A stretch of DNA of 64,000 bases, from NCBI GenBank assembly GCA_910587745.1, contig CAJUNE010000001.1, forward strand, positions 15,439 through 79,438. The letters run 5' to 3'. Numbering within the stretch: the stretch's first letter is position 1; each line of letters starts with the position of its first letter. Both the position numbers and the translations under genes were made by a program. Below the pieces are notes generated by a model that was given only the letters and a program-made list of their open reading frames with translations, searched no databases and was not told the origin of the DNA. The DNA comes from an uncultured Bacilli bacterium. Lineage in GTDB: Bacteria; Bacillota_I; Bacilli_A; RF39; UBA660. Below are positions 9,753-20,052 of the stretch, piece by piece.

Positions 9753-11659
9753 AAATTCTTATTTTCTTTTTTCTTTAATTTTCTAATTTTCTTTTTTAAT
9801 TTTAGATTATGTTTTTCAATCATTTTTTCTTTTTTTAATAATCTTTCTTGTTGTCTTAAAAGTTTAGACTTTAAATTATTCAAATTAATTAAATAATCTA
9901 CATCGTATTTAAGTTCAGGATATTTTTTAAAAGCTTCACTTTCCAAGTAATTTAAATAATGGATATTTTGCTGAAACATAAAAAGAGAACTTTCTAAAGC
10001 AACCGAACCGGATTTAATTTGTGAAATATCTTCAGGCTCAAAATCTACAGATTTTCTTTTTAAAATAGCATCAAAAAATTTTAAATGTCTATTTACTAAT
10101 AATCCTCCTGTAAAAAGCATAAAATATTTATTATGTATAAAAGGTAGAGAAAGTAAAGATGGTATTTCTAAAGAATGTAGAGCTTTCTTTAGCTTAATCT
10201 TTAAAAGTTCTTTTTCAATTTTTTTAGCTTTATCGATAGTTAAATTATCAAGTTCTTCAAGTGATTTTAACATATATTCTTGCAAATCTAATTTATCTTC
10301 TATATGTAGTTTTTGTAAGTGTTCTTCTAAAGAATTTAAATCATCAATTAAAATAGAATCATCTAACAAATTTTGCTCCAAAGAAATATCTTTTTGTTTT
10401 TGAATTAAGAGATTATTTCTTAATGTTAAAATTTTATTTTCTTGGATCACTAATTTTTCTTTTTGAGACTGATTTAAATTTTTAATTTTAAGCTTATTAA
10501 TTTCATTTAACAAATAATCAAGTTGTTTTTGAATCAAATCATAATTTTTATCTTCAAATTCTTGTTTTTTAACTTCTTCATTATATAAATCAATAGTATT
10601 AGAAATTAATAAATCAATTTTATAATAATCATAATCTTCTTCTTTTTCTGATTTAAGGTCAATTAAATCTTTATATTGTTGCGTTTCTTTTTTATAATCT
10701 TCGGCTTGATTTCCATTTACTTGTGTTTCACTAAAAGCGATTTCTGGAGTTTGTACAATTTCATTTAATGGCTTATTATAATTATCTTCAGAAGAGTTTG
10801 AAGGAGTCTCTTCCTCTTTATTACTAGTAAGGGGAATAGTAATATTCTTCTCATTTTTTATTTTTGGAGTCTTAGTATCTAAAAAAGCCTCATTTGATTT
10901 AACATAATTAGGAGTACTGGATTTATAACCTCTTGAAAATAGAATATCAACTTTTTCTCTATTAATCTTATCTGAAAGTTTATCATTTATATTATTTATA
11001 CTTTGATTAACTAAACAATTATTTTGACAATCAGATTTATCTGAATTTTTACTACCAGAAAGAGTCAAATTAATATTTCCAATTTGGGTTTTAGCATTAT
11101 TTCTTTTAGAAGATAAAAAAGTTTCCTCAGTATTTAATTTTGATTCAATATTATTATTTTTATCTAAAAGGGTAGTGATTATTATTTTAGAAGTAGGAAG
11201 TTCATTATTTTGTTCTAATTTAAATTGATTTTCTAATTCACAAATAACTAATTTTTTAATTTCAGCATTTAAAGTTTTTGTATTATTTATATATTGTTTA
11301 GCTATATCATGTTGAATAACAGGAATTACTTTTTCATTTAAGGACTTAATATATTCTTTTTGTGTGTTAGTTAAATCTATTTCTTTAAGTTCCAGTTCTT
11401 TACAAAAGTTAGTTAAAATTAAAATTTCTAATTCCTCATTTGAGACATTAAAACTTAAATTATCATTTATAGTTCTTGTCGCTGGTTCTTCGATATGACT
11501 GGCTGAATCTATAGCTTTATTATCATATTTTTTTTGAGATTTAATATTATTTTCTATTTTTATTTTGCCTTTATAAATACTTTTATTATTAAATAAATCA
11601 AAAAAGAAACCAAAAAAAGCAACAATTATGGCTTTTAAATATTTTAAAATAATTTTCAA
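9749..11659 (-). CDS. hypothetical N-terminally membrane-anchored, K/E-rich coiled-coil protein
   Basis: N-terminal hydrophobic segment IIVAFFGFFF, then long low-complexity coiled-coil-like sequence. No recognisable catalytic motif. Confidence 0.35.
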   Translation of the reverse strand: MKIILKYLKAIIVAFFGFFFDLFNNKSIYKGKIKIENNIKSQKKYDNKAIDSASHIEEPATRTINDNLSFNVSNEELEILILTNFCKELELKEIDLTNTQKEYIKSLNEKVIPVIQHDIAKQYINNTKTLNAEIKKLVICELENQFKLEQNNELPTSKIIITTLLDKNNNIESKLNTEETFLSSKRNNAKTQIGNINLTLSGSKNSDKSDCQNNCLVNQSINNINDKLSDKINREKVDILFSRGYKSSTPNYVKSNEAFLDTKTPKIKNEKNITIPLTSNKEEETPSNSSEDNYNKPLNEIVQTPEIAFSETQVNGNQAEDYKKETQQYKDLIDLKSEKEEDYDYYKIDLLISNTIDLYNEEVKKQEFEDKNYDLIQKQLDYLLNEINKLKIKNLNQSQKEKLVIQENKILTLRNNLLIQKQKDISLEQNLLDDSILIDDLNSLEEHLQKLHIEDKLDLQEYMLKSLEELDNLTIDKAKKIEKELLKIKLKKALHSLEIPSLLSLPFIHNKYFMLFTGGLLVNRHLKFFDAILKRKSVDFEPEDISQIKSGSVALESSLFMFQQNIHYLNYLESEAFKKYPELKYDVDYLINLNNLKSKLLRQQERLLKKEKMIEKHNLKLKKKIRKLKKKENKNF

Positions 11660-12033
11660 AAAGTTTTTTAATTTACCAAGTATATATTTTCATTAAACAT
11701 CACACACATCATTTTATCAATAAATAATGGTTTTGTATACAATAAAAATATGCTTTAGAAAACATTGAATAGATCTAAAAAACTCAAAGAAACGTCATCT
11801 TTGAGTTATATTTTTGCCAAAAAAATGAAGCTGCCCCCTGAAGACAGCTTCTTAAAAGAATAAAAAGGGGTTGACTAGTGTGATACTAGCACCAATTCGC
11901 CTTGTTTAAGTGAATTGGTGCTTGTTATATTAAATGATAAAAGGTTTTTTGTCAACACTTTTTAAGAAAAAAGTAAAAAAAAGTGATAATTAATTTACAA
12001 AGAAGTTTTAGTTTGTTAAAATTAATATGGTAG

Positions 12034-13647
12034 GTGGCTAATATGGTACTAAAAAAACCTTATGCATTTATAATAAAACACTTTAGAGCTATTCATTTAT
12101 TGCTTCTAATTCCGATATTTTATTTAATAATAAAAACTAGAGCAATAGTATACTTTTTTAATAGTTATGTAACATACGGTTATAATCTAAATTTTAGTGA
12201 AGTATTAACAAATATAAGTAGTCATTACATAAATATTTTAATGTATATATCAGTTATAATAATACTTTTAGTATTTGTGTCTATGTCAATTATATTACAG
12301 CAAAAGGAAAAACCGACTAAACTATATAATATATGTATTATTTATTATATAATGATATTTTTATTAATAACAGTATGTTTTAGTTTATTTAATGCAGTAG
12401 AAGCAGATACATTAGATGATATATTATCAAGATTTGTAAGAGATATAGGTTTTATAGTTTATATAAGTGAATATGCCTTTGCAGCTCTTACATTCATAAG
12501 AGGTATAGGCTTTAATATAAAGAAATTTAATTTTAAAAGTGATTTAGAAGATTTAGAAATTAGCAATGAAGATAGTGAAGAGTTTGAGTTCTTAGTAGGA
12601 AAAGACATTCACGAAGCCAAAAGAACAATTAGGAGATTTTTTCGTGAATTAAAATATTATTATTTAGAAAACAAGTTTATAGTTAATTTAATTATGGTAA
12701 TAACTATATTAGTTTTAGGAACATTTATGTATATGAATAGAGAAATAAAAGAGAAAGTATATAAAGAAAATGAAACTTTTTCTTTTGGCTCTTTAAATAT
12801 AAAAGTTAAGGATAGTTTTGTATCTAACTTAAGCAATAATGGAAAAGTAATAAACGAAGATAAGAGTTATGTAATTCTCCAACTTGAGCTTAAAAATCGT
12901 TATACTATTGAAAAGGAATTTAATCAAGAAAACTTAGGCTTAATAGTTAATAAAAAAAGAGTACAACCAAATCTATCAATGGGGCTTTATTTCTCAGACT
13001 ATGGTAATCCTTATATAGGAGGCAACATCAAAGGGGAATCGACAGTAAATTGTGTTTTAGTATATGAAATTGATAAATATTTAGTTAATGGTAATTTCAA
13101 ATTAGAATCATATTCAAGAATAGATACGTCAGGTGGATTAGGTATAATAAATAAAGAGATAAAAATAAAGCCAACAGTTGTAAGCAGTAAAATCAATACA
13201 AATACTATTAATAAAGGAGCTAATATTAATTTAAGCAGTGTTAATTTTAAAGAAAGCATTATAGCTATTAAAGATTATGAGCTCACAAATAGATATGAAT
13301 ACCAAGTATGCCACAACGATAATTGCATAACTGATGCAAAATCAACTTTTGATTATCCAGGAAGTGGTTATAATAAAACTTTATTAGTATTAGACTATAA
13401 TTTAGTATTAGATAAAGATAGCATGTATGCAAGTTTAAATCGTGATTATAAAAGATTTTTTAATGACTTCTTAGAAATAAAATACCGTTATAATGGTAAA
13501 GATTATGTTACAAAAGCAGAATTATTAAATCCTGAAAACTATTCTGATAAATTAATACTTATGGTTCCAAATACAATTAATTATTCTGAAAATATATATG
13601 CAGTATTAACCATAAGAAATGTTTCTTATCAAATCAAATTAAAATAG
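12034..13647 (+). CDS. hypothetical polytopic membrane protein with C-terminal beta-rich extracellular domain (DUF4352-like)
   Basis: About 5 N-terminal TM helices. C-terminal region SFGSLNIKVKDS...YVILQLELKNR resembles DUF4352-type Ig-like domains. Confidence 0.35.
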   Translation: MANMVLKKPYAFIIKHFRAIHLLLLIPIFYLIIKTRAIVYFFNSYVTYGYNLNFSEVLTNISSHYINILMYISVIIILLVFVSMSIILQQKEKPTKLYNICIIYYIMIFLLITVCFSLFNAVEADTLDDILSRFVRDIGFIVYISEYAFAALTFIRGIGFNIKKFNFKSDLEDLEISNEDSEEFEFLVGKDIHEAKRTIRRFFRELKYYYLENKFIVNLIMVITILVLGTFMYMNREIKEKVYKENETFSFGSLNIKVKDSFVSNLSNNGKVINEDKSYVILQLELKNRYTIEKEFNQENLGLIVNKKRVQPNLSMGLYFSDYGNPYIGGNIKGESTVNCVLVYEIDKYLVNGNFKLESYSRIDTSGGLGIINKEIKIKPTVVSSKINTNTINKGANINLSSVNFKESIIAIKDYELTNRYEYQVCHNDNCITDAKSTFDYPGSGYNKTLLVLDYNLVLDKDSMYASLNRDYKRFFNDFLEIKYRYNGKDYVTKAELLNPENYSDKLILMVPNTINYSENIYAVLTIRNVSYQIKLK

Positions 13648-13713
13648 ATAAAATTGACATTGATTTACTAATATGATAATATATAAAATAATTTTTTAAA
13701 AAGTGGGGGTTTT

Positions 13714-15294
13714 ATGGAGTTTAAATTAATAGAAGCCTTAGATGAGTTATCTGCATTTTACAAAGATGATCTAAATATGGTAAAAGACCTAATATTTGAA
13801 TGCAATAAACATTTTAATAACGAACAAATAGAAATGATAATTAAAGCATATAAATGCGCTAATGACTTACATCGTGGTCAAAAAAGAAAAAGTGGAGAAC
13901 CTTATATAATTCATCCTGTACGTGTCGCTTACATCCTTTTAACAGAAATGCATTTAATAGACTCCGATGCGATATGTGCTGCACTGCTTCATGATACTAT
14001 TGAAGACACAGGTATTACAGAGGAAGCACTAGCAGAAATGTTTAATAAGGATATAGCTTATTTAGTAGCTGGCGTTTCTAAAATTAAAGATTTAAATTTT
14101 ACAAGCAAAAGTGAAGAAGAGCAATACAATGATTGTATCTTACTTAGAAGTTGCGCTAAAGACATCAGAGTTATAATGATTAAAATAGCTGATAGAACTC
14201 ACAATATGCGAACCTTAATATATAAAGGAGATAAATCTTTAATTGAAAAATATGAAAACTCCACATCTCCAATCGAAGAATTAAAAATTGATTCTAATGC
14301 CAAACAAAATGCTAAAAGTATAGAAACAATTACACTTTTTGTACCACTTGCTAAACGTATAGGAGCTAATTTGATTGCTAATGAATTAGAAGATATAAGT
14401 AATATGTATTTGGAAAACAGCTTATTTAGAGAAATAAGAGGAAATATTAAAAACTTTGAACGTGATAATGCCGAAAAAGTTGAAGAAATTTTAGAAACAT
14501 TAGAAGATAGTTTATTAAGTGCCAATATTAGTCATGATATTCGAGCAAAAACAAAAACATATTCTGAAGTAAGTAAATATTTAAAAAGAAAAAAAACAAA
14601 CAGTATTTCGGAAGTACCAGGTCTTTTATCATTTGAAATAAGTGTTAATAAAAAAGAAGATTGTTATCAAGTTTTATCTGTTTTATCAAGTGTTTATAAA
14701 GATTACAAAGTTAATGTAGTTGATTTTATAAATTATCCAAAAGCTAATGGTTATAAAGCAATCCATTTAGAAGTACAAGATTTAATGGGCTATACAATAG
14801 TATTTAAAATATGTACTCACAAAATGAAACTTATTAATGACCATGGTATCGCAGCACTAACTGAACTTTACCCAAGTAAAAATATTAAAAGTATTCAAGA
14901 CTCTTTAAATGAAACCAATCCATTTGTAATGTCACTTCAAAGTATTGGTGATTTATATAAAGATAATAATAGCTATTTCAAGCATATTAAAAGAGAAATT
15001 TTATCAAAACAAATTACTATAAAAACAAAAAATGGCGATGAATTTACTTTTCCAAATGGAGCTACAGTATTAGATTTAGCTTTTAGATTACATACTGAAG
15101 TAGGGGCAAAAGCAATTGGTGCTATAGTAAATGGGGTAAATGTATCTAATAACTATGTACTGCAAGATGGAGATAATGTAAATGTCATTACAGATGAAAA
15201 TCAAGTTTTTCAATCTAAAGAAAGTATAGATTTTGCAATGACATCATATGCTAAACGAGAAATGCGAAGAGCATTAAGAAGAAATAAAAAATAA
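13714..15294 (+). CDS. short RelA/SpoT homolog: HD (ppGpp hydrolase) domain, degenerate synthetase-like region, TGS domain, no ACT/RRM
   Basis: HRGQKRKSGEPYIIHP...AALLHDTIEDT and ADRTHNMRTL are HD motifs. The central region keeps only RAKTKTYSEVSK and GYKAIHLEV, relics of the G-loop and YxSxH. There is no ExQIRT catalytic Glu. C-terminal TGS-like fold (NGDEFTFPNGATVLDLAF...GAIVNG). Confidence 0.65.
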   Translation: MEFKLIEALDELSAFYKDDLNMVKDLIFECNKHFNNEQIEMIIKAYKCANDLHRGQKRKSGEPYIIHPVRVAYILLTEMHLIDSDAICAALLHDTIEDTGITEEALAEMFNKDIAYLVAGVSKIKDLNFTSKSEEEQYNDCILLRSCAKDIRVIMIKIADRTHNMRTLIYKGDKSLIEKYENSTSPIEELKIDSNAKQNAKSIETITLFVPLAKRIGANLIANELEDISNMYLENSLFREIRGNIKNFERDNAEKVEEILETLEDSLLSANISHDIRAKTKTYSEVSKYLKRKKTNSISEVPGLLSFEISVNKKEDCYQVLSVLSSVYKDYKVNVVDFINYPKANGYKAIHLEVQDLMGYTIVFKICTHKMKLINDHGIAALTELYPSKNIKSIQDSLNETNPFVMSLQSIGDLYKDNNSYFKHIKREILSKQITIKTKNGDEFTFPNGATVLDLAFRLHTEVGAKAIGAIVNGVNVSNNYVLQDGDNVNVITDENQVFQSKESIDFAMTSYAKREMRRALRRNKK

Positions 15295-15413
15295 ATAAAA
15301 GAAGATATAATAAATTAAAATAAGTTCCAATAAAGAGGAACTTTTTTCTTTATAATCTCTTGAAATTCCTATTAATATAAAGTATAATTAACATATAAAA
15401 ATAGGAGGAAACT

Positions 15414-16655
15414 ATGAGAAAAATAATTGCTAGTCTAGACATTGGTTCAAGTTCTATAAAATTAATAGTTGGTGAATTCATAAAAAATTCTCTCAATATT
15501 CTTTGCGTTTCCGAAGTACCTAGTAAAGGAATGCGAAAAGGCTTAATATCAAGTAAAGAAGAATTAATTCCTGTATTAAAAGAGACATTTCATAAAGCTG
15601 AGGAAATATTAGGAATACGAGTAAATGAGGTCATTTTAGGAATACCAGCTTATTTTACAGAAAGTATTATAAGTGAAGGAACTAGTACAATAACTAATGA
15701 AGATGGTGTAGTAACATATCAAGATTTAATAAGAGCTATGCATTCAGCATCATACAATAAATTAGCAGAAAATACTGAGCTTATAAGTATTATTCCGACC
15801 CGATATAAAGTAGATGAAGAAATAGTCAAAAATCCTATAAACATGTTAGGTAAAAAATTAACAATTAAAGCTGTTTTAGTAACCTCTCCTAAAAATAATA
15901 TTAATAATTTTATTAAAGTTTTAGAAATGATAGGGATAAAAACTATAGATGTTGTAACCAGTTCTTTAGCAGATTTTGCAGCTAGTAAGAAAAAGGAGTT
16001 AACAAATTCTATTAGTGCTATCATAAATATTGGTGAAGAAACTACAAGTGTATCAATATTTAACAAAGGTATATTAATGAAAGCAGAAGTTATTGAACTG
16101 GGTGGAGCTAATATTGATAATGACATATCATATATATACAAAGTAACAAAAAAAGATGCTCGTGAACTAAAAGAAAATCTAGGCCTAGCTTGTGTTGATA
16201 TGGCGGACAATTTAGAAAAGAATAGCCTAACAGATCGTATGGGAGACGAAGTTTTAATAAATCAAAAAGATTTAAGTAGTATAATTGAAAGTAGACTAAC
16301 AGAAATACTTGAGTTATCCAAAAAACAAATGAATTTATTAACCCATAAGAATATAGATTATATTTTTGTAACAGGTGGAACTTCTGAATTAAGAGATTTT
16401 AACATTTTATTAGATAAAGTCTTTACTAAACCTCATATTCTTGGTAAAATAGATATCGTAGGTGCAAGAAATAATAAATTTGCTACTGGAATAGGTATTA
16501 TAAAATATTATAATGGTAGATTAAAATTAAAAAATAAAGAATATTCAGTTTTCAATTCTGAAGAATTAGAAATTCTAAGTGGCATCCATAAAAAAGTAAA
16601 TATTAATGAAAATTCCATTTTAGGAAAATTATTTGGATATTTTTTTGATAATTAA
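15414..16655 (+). CDS. ftsA: cell division protein FtsA
   Basis: [17 protein letters not shown] actin-fold N-terminus; sits immediately upstream of ftsZ. Confidence 0.9.
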   Translation: MRKIIASLDIGSSSIKLIVGEFIKNSLNILCVSEVPSKGMRKGLISSKEELIPVLKETFHKAEEILGIRVNEVILGIPAYFTESIISEGTSTITNEDGVVTYQDLIRAMHSASYNKLAENTELISIIPTRYKVDEEIVKNPINMLGKKLTIKAVLVTSPKNNINNFIKVLEMIGIKTIDVVTSSLADFAASKKKELTNSISAIINIGEETTSVSIFNKGILMKAEVIELGGANIDNDISYIYKVTKKDARELKENLGLACVDMADNLEKNSLTDRMGDEVLINQKDLSSIIESRLTEILELSKKQMNLLTHKNIDYIFVTGGTSELRDFNILLDKVFTKPHILGKIDIVGARNNKFATGIGIIKYYNGRLKLKNKEYSVFNSEELEILSGIHKKVNINENSILGKLFGYFFDN

Positions 16656-16666
16656 GGAGAGTGCAT

Positions 16667-17746
16667 ATGAACGGATTACAAATGGACCAAATAGCCAAAA
16701 TTAAAGTTATCGGAGTTGGCGGCGGCGGAAATAATGCTGTTAACCGTATGATTGAAGAAGGCGTAAAAGGGGTAGAGTTTATTATTGTAAATACCGACTT
16801 ACAAGTATTAAATGCTTCAAGTTGCGAAAATAAAATTCAAATCGGTTCAACAATAACAGAAGGTTTAGGAGCAGGGGCTAATCCTGAAATAGGACGTGCA
16901 GCAGCTATTGAATCTAAAGCTGATTTAGAAGAAGTAGTAAAAGGCGCTGATATGGTTTTTGTTGCTTGTGGTATGGGTGGCGGAACTGGTACTGGTGCAG
17001 CTCCAGTAATCGCTGAAATAGCTCAAGAATCTGGAGCTCTAACAGTAGGTATTGTAACTAAACCATTCCGTTTTGAAGGTAAAAGAAGAATGGAAAATGC
17101 TTTACTAGGACTAGAAGAATTAAAGAAACATGTTGATACCTTAATCGTAATACCAAATGATAAATTAAGAGATATAATTGATCGAAACACATCATTTAAA
17201 GATGCATTTAAAGAAGTAGACAATGTTTTACATCGTGGTGTACAATCTATTTCCGATCTTATAGCTGTAACTGGAATTATCAACTTAGACTTTGCTGATG
17301 TTAAGACCGTTATGCAAAAGAGTGGAACAGCTATTATTGGTATTGGTTGTAATGCTGGCGAAAATAGAGCTATCGAGGCAGCTCGTCAAGCTGTAGCCAA
17401 CTCTTTACTTGAAGCCACAATTGAAGGAGCAACTAATGCAATTGTCAATGTAACAGGTGGTTCTAATCTTACATTATTTGAAATTGAAGATGCTGTAGAA
17501 ACAGTTAGAGCAGCTGCTAATAGTGATGTTAACATTATCTTCGGTGCTATCCAAAATGATAATTTACAAGACGAAGTTATCGTAACAGTTATTGCAACTG
17601 GTTTTGAAAATGAAGGTGAAACTGAAGAAATGTTATTCAGTAATAATGATATGCCAAGAAGAAGACCTGAAAGAGAACCAGCACCAGACTTAGATAATGA
17701 ATATGACATTCCACCTTTCTTAAGAAACAATAATGACAGATTTTAA
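16667..17746 (+). CDS. ftsZ: cell division GTPase FtsZ
   Basis: [13 protein letters not shown] and [13 protein letters not shown] tubulin signature. ATG 16667 is 6 nt after RBS AAGGAGA; the listed GTG 16661 overlaps the RBS. Confidence 0.95.
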   Translation: MNGLQMDQIAKIKVIGVGGGGNNAVNRMIEEGVKGVEFIIVNTDLQVLNASSCENKIQIGSTITEGLGAGANPEIGRAAAIESKADLEEVVKGADMVFVACGMGGGTGTGAAPVIAEIAQESGALTVGIVTKPFRFEGKRRMENALLGLEELKKHVDTLIVIPNDKLRDIIDRNTSFKDAFKEVDNVLHRGVQSISDLIAVTGIINLDFADVKTVMQKSGTAIIGIGCNAGENRAIEAARQAVANSLLEATIEGATNAIVNVTGGSNLTLFEIEDAVETVRAAANSDVNIIFGAIQNDNLQDEVIVTVIATGFENEGETEEMLFSNNDMPRRRPEREPAPDLDNEYDIPPFLRNNNDRF

Positions 17747-17791
17747 GAGGTAAAGAAATTTACTTCTTTTTTATAGCTCTAAATTCTTTCA

Positions 17792-17820
17792 TTGACATCA
17801 AGTATTTTATTAGATAGAAT
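17792..17820 (+). promoter_or_regulatory. promoter for the glycosyltransferase cluster
   Basis: TTGACA, 17-nt spacer, TAGAAT; about 15 nt before ATG 17836. Confidence 0.45.
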
Positions 17821-17835
17821 TAAAGTGGTGATAAA

Positions 17836-18972
17836 ATGAATATACTTGTAATACCATCATGGTATCCCAGTGGTAAAGATAAATTAATGGGAATATATCA
17901 CAAAGAATTTTGTGAAGCTCTGGCTAAAAGAGATGATATAAATGTTAATATGTTATATATTGATAGACAGCGCTTAAGTGCCCCTTTAAAGTATTTATTT
18001 ATGAAAAAAGATATAATTGTTGAAGAAAAAGGATATAAAACATATATTAAAAAAATGTTAGATGTTCGAAAAATTAATTTTGATATCCAGTTACAAAGAT
18101 ATGTTAAAACATTAGATAAACTCTATAATGAATATTTAAAAAACAATCCTAAACCAGATGTAATTCACGCTCAAGTTATGTTTCCAGCAGGTTATGCGGC
18201 TACTAAATTAGGCGTTAAATATAATATTCCTGTTTTAATAACAGAACATGCTCATGCGAAGAGATTTTTTGAAGGGCGATATAAAAAATATAGCGATTTT
18301 ATTTATCAAAATGCTAAAATAACCACAGTAAGTAAATTTTTAGCTAAAGAATTAGAAGAAAAAAATATTAAGGCTACGGTTTTACCTAATTTAGTAAATG
18401 TTGAAATATTTATGAAAACAAGGAAAAAAATAAAAGAATTAAAACTTGTAACTTTAGTAGCTTTACGAGAAGGAAAAAATATTGATGATGTTATTGCCGC
18501 TTTAAAAATAATTATTAATAAAAATAAAAAGATTAAGGCCCAATTAACCATTATTGGTGATGGATTTTTAGAAGATTATTACAAAAAAAGATGTACAGAA
18601 TTAGACATGGACGATTATGTAGAATTTGTTGGAAGAAAAAATAAAGATGAAGCAGCAGATATATTAAATAATCACAATATTATGGTTATAGCTAGTGATT
18701 TTGAGACTTTTGGCATCCCGGGCATTGAAGCTTTTGCCAGTGGAATGCCTGTTGTATCTACTAAATGTTTAGGTCCAGAAGAATATATTGATAAAAGTTG
18801 TGGGGCATTAGTTAAAGTAAAAGATATTGAAGCATTAGCAAATGCCATATTAGAAGTATATAATAATATTGATAAATATGATGTAGAACATTTACGTAGT
18901 ATAGCCAATAAATATAGTGGTAAGTGTGTTACTGATAAAGCAATTAAAATATATAAAGAAATGCTTAAATAA
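17836..18972 (+). CDS. glycosyltransferase family 4 (GT-B)
   Basis: C-terminal ...ASDFETFGIPGIEAFASGMPVVST... is the GT4 EX7E-type region; ~380 aa. Confidence 0.75.
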   Translation: MNILVIPSWYPSGKDKLMGIYHKEFCEALAKRDDINVNMLYIDRQRLSAPLKYLFMKKDIIVEEKGYKTYIKKMLDVRKINFDIQLQRYVKTLDKLYNEYLKNNPKPDVIHAQVMFPAGYAATKLGVKYNIPVLITEHAHAKRFFEGRYKKYSDFIYQNAKITTVSKFLAKELEEKNIKATVLPNLVNVEIFMKTRKKIKELKLVTLVALREGKNIDDVIAALKIIINKNKKIKAQLTIIGDGFLEDYYKKRCTELDMDDYVEFVGRKNKDEAADILNNHNIMVIASDFETFGIPGIEAFASGMPVVSTKCLGPEEYIDKSCGALVKVKDIEALANAILEVYNNIDKYDVEHLRSIANKYSGKCVTDKAIKIYKEMLK

Positions 18973-19019
18973 TTGAACATAGAAAAGAAAATATGATATA
19001 ATTTAAAAGGTGATAATAA

Positions 19020-20027
19020 ATGAGCTTAATAAGTTACGCAATGCGCGGTAGTTTAAAGAATTTTTGGAATAAATTAGACAAAATATCCAAAGAAACAAAT
19101 AAAAGTAAAATAGTACTTTTTAATAAGTTTTTTAATTGTTTTCTAAAAATCGGTTCAGGATATAGTGATTTTTTAAACTATGAACTATACAATAAAACTG
19201 CGAAAGAAATTAAAGAGTATGTAACAATAAAAGATCAAGATAAATTTTATGAAATAGCTAGTCCCAGTGCTTACAAAACTTTTTTTACTATCAAACCCAA
19301 TTTTTTAAAGAATTTTCAAAAATATATAACTAGAGACTTTTTTTATAATGGAGATATAAAAGAATTAGAAGAGTTTTTAAAAAATAATAAAGAATTTATG
19401 ATAAAACCAATTGATGGTTTAGGCGGTTCAGGTGTTGATAAAATGCTTACAAAAAACATCAAAAATATTGAAGAATTTTATCAAAAATTAAAAGATGAAA
19501 ACTTATTTTTAGAAGGATATGTAATTCAACATAAAGATATGAACGAATTATGTAGTAGTAGTGTTAATACTATTAGAATTATGACTTATGGTTATAATAA
19601 TAAATCAGAAATATTATTCGCTGCTTTACGAGTAGGAAATGGAAAACATCCTGTAGATAATTTTCATAAAGGTGGTATGGGAATATTAATTGATTTAGAA
19701 ACTGGTAAATTAATTGGTAATGCTTATGATAAAGACTTAAATGAATTTACTAATCATCCTACTACTAAGATAAAATTCGATGGTTTTCAAATACCAAATT
19801 GGGATATTGTAAAGAAAACTGTTAAAGAAGCTGCTTTAATAAACAAGAATATTCATGTAGTTGGTTGGGATGTTGCTATAACTGAAGAAGGCTGTACTTT
19901 TATAGAAGGAAACCGCCGTCCTGGTTTTGATTTAGTTCAAGTTTTATCTAAAAGAGGACGAAAAGACATAATGCGAAATGTTATAGCTAAGATAAATGAA
20001 GAAGAAAATACAAATTATAAAATATAA
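19020..20027 (+). CDS. ATP-grasp family protein (sugar-transfer-associated type)
   Basis: IKPIDGLGGSGV ATP-grasp glycine-rich loop. Embedded between GT and flippase genes. Confidence 0.55.
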   Translation: MSLISYAMRGSLKNFWNKLDKISKETNKSKIVLFNKFFNCFLKIGSGYSDFLNYELYNKTAKEIKEYVTIKDQDKFYEIASPSAYKTFFTIKPNFLKNFQKYITRDFFYNGDIKELEEFLKNNKEFMIKPIDGLGGSGVDKMLTKNIKNIEEFYQKLKDENLFLEGYVIQHKDMNELCSSSVNTIRIMTYGYNNKSEILFAALRVGNGKHPVDNFHKGGMGILIDLETGKLIGNAYDKDLNEFTNHPTTKIKFDGFQIPNWDIVKKTVKEAALINKNIHVVGWDVAITEEGCTFIEGNRRPGFDLVQVLSKRGRKDIMRNVIAKINEEENTNYKI

Positions 20028-20052
20028 TAATTAGAGATTAAAGGAGGTAGGC

